From contig JACRJP010000003.1 of NCBI GenBank assembly GCA_016215455.1, positions 66,657-130,656 on the forward strand: a stretch of 64,000 nucleotides of DNA, in the 5' to 3' direction. The DNA is from Candidatus Tayloriibacteriota bacterium (GTDB lineage Bacteria; Patescibacteriota; Minisyncoccia; Phycocordibacterales; PALSA-1337). The translations under genes were made by a program, and so were the position numbers. Positions 20,602 to 29,476 of this stretch are shown piece by piece. A model generated the notes under the pieces. That model had not been told where the DNA came from, did not search any database, and saw nothing but the letters and a program-made list of their open reading frames with translations. Position 1 is the first letter of the stretch. The number at the start of each line of letters is the position of its first letter.

Positions 20602-21750
20602 CTACTCAGCCTTTACGAACTTGCCACCCCTCACAGTTTGCATCTCAAATGCATCATCAGGTGTTATCAAATAACCCTTTTGATCAAAAGAAATTCTTGA
20701 CAAAGCGGCACCCTTCATATCTTTTGTCTCAGCGATAGCGTCTCGCAAAGTCTGGCCTCCCTTCCCCTTAGTTTTTTCAAGTCCACGAGCAATAACAAAT
20801 ACAGCATCATACGCAGTTACTGCTGATGGATACTGTGGAACATGTCCATATCGTGCAGCGTATACATTTTCAAATTTCTGATACTCAGTCGAATGTTTTG
20901 GTGTTGAGAAATACGATGTCTCAAGATCACGGGCACATGTGGATAATGAGTTATAGTTACCCGCAGCTTCAGTTGCAAGAATTGGTACAGTGAGACCAAG
21001 TTCTCGTGCTTGTTTAGCAAAGACACACTGAGCAGGATCAGTTTCAACAATGAATACAGCGTCCGGATTACTTTGTCGAACCTTAGCGATAGGAGTACGA
21101 AAATCTGTAATCAATGGATTACCGAGGTCCATATCACCAATAATAGTCACACCATATTGTGGAGCATATTCTGTAATAAGATCGGCTGTGAACTTCCAAA
21201 AACCGCCATTAACCGGTCGTATGATGTATATTTTCTTTAAATTATGCTGATTGGCATATGCGAGAATAGTTCGAATTCCAACTCGATTGTCGTACCATGT
21301 TGAAAAGAAGTATGGAGCATCTCTGTCTATCTCAACATGATTAGTAGCGTCAGGCGATATTGTAGGAATTTTTGCTGCCTCTATGAGCGGAATGATCGCT
21401 TCGGTAGGCTCGTCCCACTGTGCACCAACAATTGCAACAACCTTATCGACATCTATCAATTTACTCACTACGAGTGATGCATTTTTCATCTTATCCAATG
21501 AAAGATCTCCTTCGACTAATGCAAGTTGACGACCATCAATGCCGCCTTGTGCGTTAATCTCTTCAACAGCAAGTCGTGCGCCGTTTCTTTCCTCTTCACC
21601 AGGAGCAACTCCAATACCTGTCAAAGCAGATATGCTACCTATATTAATAACAGCACCTTCAGATAGCGCAGGCTGTCGCATATATATAGCAGAAACAGCC
21701 ACTCCCAGAACAACGAGAACAAAAAGGCTTTTAATTACACGTTTCGACAT
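20602..21750 (-). CDS. ABC substrate-binding protein, Liv family (SBP9)
   Basis: EINAQGGIDGRQL, DFRT, AYDAVF, ISFDQKG. Confidence 0.9.
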   Translation of the reverse strand: MSKRVIKSLFVLVVLGVAVSAIYMRQPALSEGAVINIGSISALTGIGVAPGEEERNGARLAVEEINAQGGIDGRQLALVEGDLSLDKMKNASLVVSKLIDVDKVVAIVGAQWDEPTEAIIPLIEAAKIPTISPDATNHVEIDRDAPYFFSTWYDNRVGIRTILAYANQHNLKKIYIIRPVNGGFWKFTADLITEYAPQYGVTIIGDMDLGNPLITDFRTPIAKVRQSNPDAVFIVETDPAQCVFAKQARELGLTVPILATEAAGNYNSLSTCARDLETSYFSTPKHSTEYQKFENVYAARYGHVPQYPSAVTAYDAVFVIARGLEKTKGKGGQTLRDAIAETKDMKGAALSRISFDQKGYLITPDDAFEMQTVRGGKFVKAE

Positions 21751-21838
21751 AGTGATTATATTTAATATGGTAATCCTATAATAATATGCTAATATATAAA
21801 TTAAGCAAACACTCCCTAGTAGGAGAGTAATTAATTAT

Positions 21839-22591
21839 ATGCAAACACCTTACCCGCGCATTCTCAAACAATTTGGACTCAATCCAAACGACATTAAGAT
21901 ATATAGGACTCTCTATAACCTCGGTAGATCAAAAACAGGTATTATCATACGCGAGACAGCGATCGCCAGTTCACGTGTCTACGCTTCCCTACAGAACCTT
22001 GTGCGCAAAGGCCTCGTTTCATATCAGGTTAAAAACAACATTAAATATTATCAAGCCGAACTACCTGATCAACTTATTGAGGAGGCTGAGGATAATGTCG
22101 AGGAGTTGAAGGGTTTCGCCGACAATCTTAAACTATTCCCTATTTCAAAAAATAAGCGTAACGAAACTAATACATATGAAGGAGTACACGGACTCAAGAT
22201 GGCATACGAGCAACACACCGAAAATCTTGAAAAAGGAGAGACTGTTTCGATCATCGCTTTTGTGGGAGAGGAGTATGCGTCATCACAACCTATCCGGCTT
22301 TTCTTTTCAAAAACAATAGATCGTATAATGATCGAAAAAAAATGCCACGGCAAAATGATCACTCACAAAGAAATTAAAAAGATTATCAAACGTGACCGGC
22401 CTGACAGCTCTATCTATACGATTCGACACTTATCTGAGAACTACACTCTTCCCTACACGGTTAATATTTCAAAAAAAGAAGTTGTCATGGGTGTTTGGGG
22501 CGACGAACCAACAGTATTTACTATCAGCAATCCAGTAGTGGTAAGCGCCTTCCAAAAAAACTTCGATTATCTGTGGAAAATCGCCAAATAA
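21839..22591 (+). CDS. TrmB-family transcriptional regulator (TrmB4)
   Basis: FGLNPNDIKIY...IASSRVYASLQNLVRKGLV; YEG; FDYLWK. Confidence 0.88.
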   Translation: MQTPYPRILKQFGLNPNDIKIYRTLYNLGRSKTGIIIRETAIASSRVYASLQNLVRKGLVSYQVKNNIKYYQAELPDQLIEEAEDNVEELKGFADNLKLFPISKNKRNETNTYEGVHGLKMAYEQHTENLEKGETVSIIAFVGEEYASSQPIRLFFSKTIDRIMIEKKCHGKMITHKEIKKIIKRDRPDSSIYTIRHLSENYTLPYTVNISKKEVVMGVWGDEPTVFTISNPVVVSAFQKNFDYLWKIAK

Positions 22592-22605
22592 CAACAATAT
22601 CGAGG

Positions 22606-23271
22606 TTATACACCTACCTTGTAATATCTCCACTTGTAACCGATTGCATCAATTTCTTCAAAAGAGAGAACTCTATATCCATATCTTCCAATCATCATTT
22701 CAAAATCAGAAAAATCATCCTCACCTTTAAAATTAATATGAGTTATTGCGATATTCCCTTCTGGTGATACATAAGATTTTGCTTCTTCAAGAAATCTTTT
22801 GTGGATTTGATATTCAGGATCATAGAGTGATGATTCAATAATACCTTCAATAGGAAAGTCTGTTATGGGTAGATTTGCGATGATGAGATCGAATTTGTCC
22901 TTGGGAACATTTTCGAATACATCACTTTCGATTACTTCTACTATTTCTCCTACACCATTCCTTTGTGCATTATCTTGCGCGCATTTTACAGCATCCTTGT
23001 TGATATCAACTGCAACTACTTTTTGTGCACCCATTTTTGCTGCCCTAATAGCATGGATACCTGTACCAGTTCCTATATCAAGAACTTTTTTATTCTTCAA
23101 ATCCCCAAAGACATGATGTAACTCTATGGATGAGTGAGAAAATTTACTCTGGGGAGGAAAAACATTTTTACATGTTTGAATCTGTATACCATCAATATCA
23201 AGAATCTTGGATTCCTGATTTTTAATATCGATAAGAAAATCCTGAGTAAGTTGTGGATTAATCTTTTTCAT
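22606..23271 (-). CDS. HemK/MTS-like class I SAM methyltransferase
   Basis: NVFPP, VLDIGTGTG, VDIN, SDVFE, FDLIIANLP (NPP-like motif IV). Confidence 0.85.
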   Translation of the reverse strand: MKKINPQLTQDFLIDIKNQESKILDIDGIQIQTCKNVFPPQSKFSHSSIELHHVFGDLKNKKVLDIGTGTGIHAIRAAKMGAQKVVAVDINKDAVKCAQDNAQRNGVGEIVEVIESDVFENVPKDKFDLIIANLPITDFPIEGIIESSLYDPEYQIHKRFLEEAKSYVSPEGNIAITHINFKGEDDFSDFEMMIGRYGYRVLSFEEIDAIGYKWRYYKVGV

Positions 23272-23306
23272 TTATTACTTAGCATAGTGCAATTTAATAA
23301 ACTTCT

Positions 23307-24173
23307 TTAAAGCTTATATTCCCCCACCAAACCTTGCGGCCGATACAACATGAGAAGAATCAAAATGACACCGTATGACACCTGGCGCATTTGAGCAGCG
23401 ATATCTGATGGGAAACCAACGAAACGGAGAATTTCTGGAAGAAGAATGAGAATGACGGCACCCAACACTGCCCCTTTATTATTCGCCAAACCTCCCATGA
23501 TGATGATAGCGAGAAGAAAGATTGATTCGTTCAGAGTAAATGTTGAAGGATCAATGAAGGTGATGTAACTTGCAAAGAGTGACCCTGCAATTGAAGCGAG
23601 CATTGCACCGATAACAAAGATTGCGAGTTTATAGAACAGAGTATTGTAACCAAATACTCGAATCGCATCTTCATCTTCACGAATAGCTTTAAGAACGCGA
23701 CCGAATGAAGATTTCACAATATACTGTGATACTCCATATACAAGAAGAAGTGCAAGTGCCGACAAAAGAAGGAACCAAATATTTTCTGAGAACGTAAAAC
23801 CAAAAAGTGAGGGTCGTGGAATGCCAGGAATACCAAGAGGGCCTCGTGTCAGTGACTGCCAATTCAAAAAGATACTGTATACGATAATGTTGAAACCGAA
23901 TGATCCGAGTGCGTAATAGTCATCTTTGAATTTCGACAAAACAAAACCAATGAGCAAACTTACCACACCTGAAATAATCATTCCAAGAATAACTGATACA
24001 AAGAAATTCATTCCTGTTGTCGTGAGAAGAATTGCTGTTGCATATGCTCCCATTCCATAGAACGCAGCCTGAGTCACTGACAACAACCCTGTCACACCCA
24101 CAATAAGATTGAGCGATAGGCCCAAGATGCCGTAGATACAGATCAGTATGGCGATGTGGATGAGATATTCCAT
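23307..24173 (-). CDS. livM: Branched-chain amino acid-type ABC transporter permease LivM
   Basis: LSLNLIVGVTGLLS, AAFYGMGAY, LTRGPLGI, FGRVLKAIREDE, YRPQGL. Confidence 0.92.
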   Translation of the reverse strand: MEYLIHIAILICIYGILGLSLNLIVGVTGLLSVTQAAFYGMGAYATAILLTTTGMNFFVSVILGMIISGVVSLLIGFVLSKFKDDYYALGSFGFNIIVYSIFLNWQSLTRGPLGIPGIPRPSLFGFTFSENIWFLLLSALALLLVYGVSQYIVKSSFGRVLKAIREDEDAIRVFGYNTLFYKLAIFVIGAMLASIAGSLFASYITFIDPSTFTLNESIFLLAIIIMGGLANNKGAVLGAVILILLPEILRFVGFPSDIAAQMRQVSYGVILILLMLYRPQGLVGEYKL

Positions 24174-24174
24174 A

Positions 24175-25041
24175 TTATTTCTTTAATATTCCCTGCGGCC
24201 GAACAAGAAGGAATATGATGAGTACACCGAATGCAATAGCATCTTTCCATTCTCCTGAAATTTTCCAAATACCGAAGTTCTCAACAAAACCAAGAAGGAA
24301 TGCACCAAGAACTCCACCATATATATTACCAATACCACCAATGATAGAGGCGATAACTCCCTTTAAAAGAAGTGAAAGCCCCATCGTTGGTTCAATTCCT
24401 GTATCAAATCCTACCAATATACCTGCAAGTCCCGCGATTGCTGAACCGATAAAGAACACCTTACCGATAATTGATCGGGTATTGATCCCTACAATCTTTG
24501 AAACTTCCTCATCATCTCCTACCGCCTTCACCGCCTTACCAAACATCGTGTACTTGAGAGTAAGTGCCATAGCGAACATAAGCACGAGACCAGTGATGAG
24601 AATAATAAGTTGGACCTGCGTAATGACTCCACCAGCTATTTCAAATACTCGTTCATCTCCTGCACTTCGAGAAAGAGTTTGAAACTGACTTGTAAAAAGG
24701 ATTGCGAGCACGGACTGTAGTGCAGTAAAAGCACCGAGAGCAGCTACGAGTAGCACCATACTTGAGGACTTTCTTTCACGAAGTGGTGCATAGATAGAAC
24801 GATAGATAAAGAAACCAATGAGTCCTGCTATAACCATACCAAGCGGAATAGCGATCCAGAGACTAAGACCAAGTGTTTTATAAAAATAGAAGACTGCATA
24901 GCCACCCACTGCTGCAAGTGCGCCGTATCCAAGATCAAAGAATTTTGCAGTACCGTAGATGAGATTAAAACCAAGTGCCACCATCGTATAAATCGCTCCT
25001 GCAATAATACTATTGACGATAAGTTGTGGGACAATGTCCAT
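24175..25041 (-). CDS. livH: Branched-chain amino acid-type ABC transporter permease LivH
   Basis: GAIYTMVALGFNLIYG, FGKAVKAV...GIN, IIGGIGNIYG, VRPQGI. Confidence 0.92.
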   Translation of the reverse strand: MDIVPQLIVNSIIAGAIYTMVALGFNLIYGTAKFFDLGYGALAAVGGYAVFYFYKTLGLSLWIAIPLGMVIAGLIGFFIYRSIYAPLRERKSSSMVLLVAALGAFTALQSVLAILFTSQFQTLSRSAGDERVFEIAGGVITQVQLIILITGLVLMFAMALTLKYTMFGKAVKAVGDDEEVSKIVGINTRSIIGKVFFIGSAIAGLAGILVGFDTGIEPTMGLSLLLKGVIASIIGGIGNIYGGVLGAFLLGFVENFGIWKISGEWKDAIAFGVLIIFLLVRPQGILKK

Positions 25042-25069
25042 GGCCTACATTATATGCCCCCGGAGGATT

Positions 25070-25411
25070 TTAGGAAAGTTTATGTTCGAGTTTACGCACC
25101 CTCTTTTCTAAAGCGCGATGATCTTCATATTTTACTCGTGTAATAGACAAATCGTCGATCCTTCGTTCAAGGCCATCAAAACGATAAATTGTATATTCTT
25201 TAAATTCAACAAATTCTTTATAGAAATTGTCGATTCTACCATTCGTATCTTCAAATCCTCGTGCAACCATCAAAGCAAACTCTTCAAAACGAGCATCGAG
25301 TTTAGTATCGATAAGAACATCAATTTTCTTTTCGAATCTAATTTCAAAATCATCGAAAAGACCCTTGATAAGGGTGATGTCTGCTGAATTGAGTGTTGGC
25401 TGAATATTCAT
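25070..25411 (-). CDS. Small coiled-coil protein, paralog of 6591..6917
   Basis: MNIQPTLNSADITLIKG start; FALMVARGF; KRVRKLEHK. Confidence 0.75.
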   Translation of the reverse strand: MNIQPTLNSADITLIKGLFDDFEIRFEKKIDVLIDTKLDARFEEFALMVARGFEDTNGRIDNFYKEFVEFKEYTIYRFDGLERRIDDLSITRVKYEDHRALEKRVRKLEHKLS

Positions 25412-25479
25412 ACTTTCTATTGTGCTGAGTATAAAATACTTCCCTACAAAAGACCATAAAATTCTGTTCAAAAAATCTC

Positions 25480-25502
25480 AAAAACTTTATCAGAATTTCA
25501 TA
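25480..25502. repeat. 23-bp motif, inverted copy of 6996..7018
   Basis: aaaaactttatcagaatttcata. Confidence 0.65.
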
Positions 25503-25545
25503 CAACAAAAAAGACCCTGTTATTGAGGGTCTTTTTTGTTGTATG
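25499..25545. terminator. Intrinsic terminator downstream of SBP10
   Basis: catacaacaaaaaagaccct-gttattg-agggtcttttttgttgtatg, 20-bp inverted repeat. Confidence 0.85.
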
Positions 25546-25553
25546 GATGATAA

Positions 25554-26669
25554 TTATTTTAAATCAACAAGACTACCATTAACAATTTGTCGAACTCGAT
25601 AAGCTGGATTCTTTACATCACCATATTGATCAAACTGAATATGCCCTGAAACCCCTTGAAAATCACTCGCTCGTACAGCGTCTGAGAGTTTATCAGGATC
25701 ACTCACACCAACCTGTTTAATCGCAGCAAAAACTGCCTGAGCTGCATCATATGCTTGAGGTGCACATGTTGGAACTTGATCTCCTCCAGTCTTAGCAAGT
25801 AATTTTTTAGCGAAATCAGGAGTTGGATTTGCAACAGATTCAGTAAATAGGATATCTATTGCTTTAGGAAGGTTTGCGAGGAATTTTGTGTCTCCAAATG
25901 TTTCTGAAGCAAACAATTTTGCTGTTATTCCAAGATCTTTGATCTGTTTAACAACGACAGTTGCACCTTCTGGATAAAGAGCGAAGTAAATATAGTCAGG
26001 TTTTGTATTCTTAATCTTAGTTAACTGTGTTTTATAATCTCGAACATCTGCAGTAACACCCTCTTCTGCTACCACCGTACCACCAAGTTCCTTAAATCGA
26101 TTAATGAAGACCTCCTTAAGTCCAGACCCATAATCACTTATATGGTAGATTAGAGCTACCTTACGTGCACCTAGATCATTATAAAGGTATTCAGCCGCGT
26201 ATCTTCCTTGAAGAGCATCTGACGGATACGTTCGGAAAAAGAATTTACCTGAATTACTCAATGGAGGGGCTGACGAACAGTATGAAACAACAATCTTCTT
26301 TGTCTCCATTGCTGATTTTACAAAGGCTGAGGTCTCACCTGAACACAAACCACCAATAACTCCACTCACCTTATCGATATTGAATAATTTTTGTGCTGCA
26401 TTAGTTGCTGGCAAAGGAGAACATTTTCCATCCTCATAGATAACCTCGACTTTTTGACCATTGAGACCGCCCGCAGCATTTACCTCATCGGCAGCGACCT
26501 CTACTGCTGCTCGAGAAGCAAGACCTAGAGATGACGCATCCCCAGTTAGAGGACCGACAAACCCAATCTTAATCGGACTCGTTTCTTTCTCTGTACGTGT
26601 TCCAAAAGCGAGCACGAGTATCACTACAAGAACGATACTACCTACCACCCATTTGCCGAATTTAGACAT
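25554..26669 (-). CDS. ABC substrate-binding protein, Liv family (SBP10, most LivJ/K-like)
   Basis: KIGFVGPLTGD, EDGKC, GGLCSGET, FFRTYPSD, AYDA, FQGVSGHIQFDQYGD. Confidence 0.93.
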   Translation of the reverse strand: MSKFGKWVVGSIVLVVILVLAFGTRTEKETSPIKIGFVGPLTGDASSLGLASRAAVEVAADEVNAAGGLNGQKVEVIYEDGKCSPLPATNAAQKLFNIDKVSGVIGGLCSGETSAFVKSAMETKKIVVSYCSSAPPLSNSGKFFFRTYPSDALQGRYAAEYLYNDLGARKVALIYHISDYGSGLKEVFINRFKELGGTVVAEEGVTADVRDYKTQLTKIKNTKPDYIYFALYPEGATVVVKQIKDLGITAKLFASETFGDTKFLANLPKAIDILFTESVANPTPDFAKKLLAKTGGDQVPTCAPQAYDAAQAVFAAIKQVGVSDPDKLSDAVRASDFQGVSGHIQFDQYGDVKNPAYRVRQIVNGSLVDLK

Positions 26670-26709
26670 AATAATATCCTTATTTGTAATAAGGATATTA
26701 TATACCTCT

Positions 26710-27810
26710 CTATTGTATTGTCACTGACTTACCATCTTGAATTATTCTCAGCACCGCCTTCGACACCACCAGTCCATCAGCATCAATCTTGAGTCCATTT
26801 CCCAAAGCTCCATTATAGTTATTAATTCTAAGGAGAGCTTGAGTAATGTCTGAAGTATTTGGTAACGACTTCTTTTCAATAGATTCTGTTGCTTCGACTA
26901 TGATGCCTAAAATATCATATCCATTTGGGGTTGCTATCGAAGGATTCTTTTGAAACTTGTCACTATACATTTTTGTAAATCCTGAAGTCGGATCAGCAGC
27001 ATTCACGTACCACAAATTCTCAAACATTCCAGGATTATCAGATAACTCAAACGATTCAATCGACGTCAAAGGAATTTTTACCCCCGCTTCACGAATCTGT
27101 TTTGTCAGTACTTCAAGTTCTGGAGAAAACATCATGAGGACAGTATAGTCCGCACCCGAATTCTTTAACTGACTTACCTGAGTTCTAAAATCTTTTGTTC
27201 CGAACGACGTGACACTCTCGTACACAATCTCAATATCAGTACCTGATATTTGTTTCTTGAGTTCCTTAATCATTTCAGTAATACCAGAAATCTGCTGACC
27301 AAAAACTGCAATCTTCTTGATTTGACGTTTTTCTGCTTCCTTCACAAAAAGACCGATCTCTTCAACTGGAGGAGTCCAATTAATGAAATTGTAATCTCCT
27401 TTTGCAATATTCGGATCAGAGGCAATACCAAAATGAATAATTTTATTTTTCTCAGCAAGTGGATTAACCGCAGATCCTGCCGCAGAAGCAAAAGTCACAA
27501 CAGCCTGTACTTTGTCATAGTCCACAAGTTTTTGAAAAGCTGAAACTGTTCGTGCAGGAACAAATCCATCATCTTCAAAAACTGCTTCATATGTATACTT
27601 TGTATTCTTCTTTTGAGCTTCCTCGACAGCAAGAAGAACTGCATTTTTTACACCTTCTCCCAAGAAAGCAACATTACCTGATAATGGGAGAATATATCCG
27701 ATTTTAATAACTGGCTTCTCTGGTGTATCTACTGATTTTTCTTTATATATCACACTACCTACAACCACGATTACGATAATACTAACAAGGGTAATAATTT
27801 TATATTTCAT
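26710..27810 (-). CDS. ABC substrate-binding protein, Liv family (SBP11)
   Basis: KIGYILPLSG, EDD, DFRT, GYD. Confidence 0.9.
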   Translation of the reverse strand: MKYKIITLVSIIVIVVVGSVIYKEKSVDTPEKPVIKIGYILPLSGNVAFLGEGVKNAVLLAVEEAQKKNTKYTYEAVFEDDGFVPARTVSAFQKLVDYDKVQAVVTFASAAGSAVNPLAEKNKIIHFGIASDPNIAKGDYNFINWTPPVEEIGLFVKEAEKRQIKKIAVFGQQISGITEMIKELKKQISGTDIEIVYESVTSFGTKDFRTQVSQLKNSGADYTVLMMFSPELEVLTKQIREAGVKIPLTSIESFELSDNPGMFENLWYVNAADPTSGFTKMYSDKFQKNPSIATPNGYDILGIIVEATESIEKKSLPNTSDITQALLRINNYNGALGNGLKIDADGLVVSKAVLRIIQDGKSVTIQ

Positions 27811-27964
27811 ATATTTATACTTACCCTAAAATTATAGGACAATTATTAATTATACATGTCAAATATATCTATACACACATCATTATACGGCTCTATATAT
27901 AGATATAATACATATTCTGTATATTTTGTTCGTCATAAGTAACAAAAAATGCTACGATACGCAT

Positions 27965-28768
27965 ATGATCTCCCATGAAGATTTAGTCCACAAAATCAAT
28001 AAAACGGGACTTACCGACAAAGAATCTTTTGTCTATAGCTATCTCATTGAAACAGGAGGTGGGTACCCCTCAAAAATATCTGAAGTAACAAAATTAAACC
28101 GAAGTACGGTATATAAGATTCTTACTTCCCTTGCTGTTAAAGGATTGGTAACTGAAATCGAAAAAAGAAAGAAGCTATTCTTTCAACCAGAATCTCCCGA
28201 AAAACTTCTTCGCTTTGCAGAAATGAAGAAACAACGTGCGTCCGAAGATCTTGAGTACGCTAAAAAAGTATTTCCTGAACTCGAAGCTCTCTTTTCTCTT
28301 TCTCCAGGTAAACCTGTTGTTAGATTCTTTCAAGACAAAAGTGGAATCATGAGTATTTTTGAGGATCATATAAAAACCACTAAGGCGTATGAAATGGTGG
28401 GCTTTGCAAACATAGGAGGACTCGAAGATATATTTCCTAAAGACTTTTTTAGAAAATATGTAGCAACAAAAGAAAAATTAAAAATTACTACTCGAGGCAT
28501 CGTACAGGATACAACACAGGATCGCACCTTTAACGATCGAATGTATACAACTGTGCAAGCTGCATATAAGTTACAACTACGATATGTACCAAGTAAATAC
28601 ATTCCCCTACAAGGAGAACTTATTTGCTACGCTGAAAATAAAGTTTCAATTGTTAACAAAACTGAATCTGGCTTTGTTGGTATTATTATCGAAGACAAAC
28701 CTATTCACGAAATGGTTCGCAAAATATTTGAGCTCGCATGGATCGGAGCAGAAAAGTTTCAAAAGTAA
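27965..28768 (+). CDS. TrmB-family transcriptional regulator (TrmB5)
   Basis: GLTDKESFVY...LNRSTVYKILTSLAVKGLV; KPVVRFF; FELAW. Confidence 0.88.
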   Translation: MISHEDLVHKINKTGLTDKESFVYSYLIETGGGYPSKISEVTKLNRSTVYKILTSLAVKGLVTEIEKRKKLFFQPESPEKLLRFAEMKKQRASEDLEYAKKVFPELEALFSLSPGKPVVRFFQDKSGIMSIFEDHIKTTKAYEMVGFANIGGLEDIFPKDFFRKYVATKEKLKITTRGIVQDTTQDRTFNDRMYTTVQAAYKLQLRYVPSKYIPLQGELICYAENKVSIVNKTESGFVGIIIEDKPIHEMVRKIFELAWIGAEKFQK

Positions 28769-28776
28769 GCAGAGAC

Positions 28777-29400
28777 TTACCCTGCGTTGTATACACTCAT
28801 CGCCTTCTCACGACCTTCAAATACGATAGTTTCAATAGCTTCTACTGCGCGTTTAATTACTTTTTTGAGTTCTGCTTCCTCAACAGACTTAAATGGACCA
28901 AGAATAAACTTCTCTACCTCTTTATCACCATGAGGAACTTTTGTTTTTCCTGATGCTGTAGTTGGACTCACCCCAACTCGAATACGGACAAAGCCTTCAG
29001 TCTTTGCCGCTTTAATAACTGACTCTACACCATTATGACCTCCTGAACTTCGATTAAATGAAACTTTGAGTGAACCAAGAGGAATATGAAAATCATCATA
29101 GATAACAATCAACTTCTCTGCTTTCTTTGGACTTACCTTTCCCATAGTCGTTACAAGTGGTCCAATAGCCTTCCCTGAGTTGTTCATGAACGTTTCAGGC
29201 ATCATGAGAAGCAAAGATTCTTGTTGTTTTCCTTTTTTAAGATCAACTTTTGTTGTAAGAGCCTGAACTTTTTTTGTAGTAGCAAAATCTTCTGCTCCGT
29301 GAGCCTTCGCAAAAGCCTCAAGAACCATTCTTCCGACATTATGTCGTGTATTTTTATATTCTTCTCCTGGATTCCCGAGTCCTGCGATGATGTATGACAT
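28777..29400 (-). CDS. pth: Peptidyl-tRNA hydrolase
   Basis: GLGNPGEEYKNTRHNVG, PETFMNNSG, GGHNGV. Confidence 0.95.
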   Translation of the reverse strand: MSYIIAGLGNPGEEYKNTRHNVGRMVLEAFAKAHGAEDFATTKKVQALTTKVDLKKGKQQESLLLMMPETFMNNSGKAIGPLVTTMGKVSPKKAEKLIVIYDDFHIPLGSLKVSFNRSSGGHNGVESVIKAAKTEGFVRIRVGVSPTTASGKTKVPHGDKEVEKFILGPFKSVEEAELKKVIKRAVEAIETIVFEGREKAMSVYNAG

Positions 29401-29476
29401 GTACAAATAATACACAAGCAGCACGAAACGTACAACTGTCTTGTGTCAAAGGCCTTCGACGTATTACAATTGTGCC

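Noticed and set aside
7800-28768. Integron with attC sites explaining the SBP/TrmB cassettes
   Set aside because: No integrase, no recurring RYYYAAC...GTTRRRY hairpins, and many junctions are only 2-20 nt long
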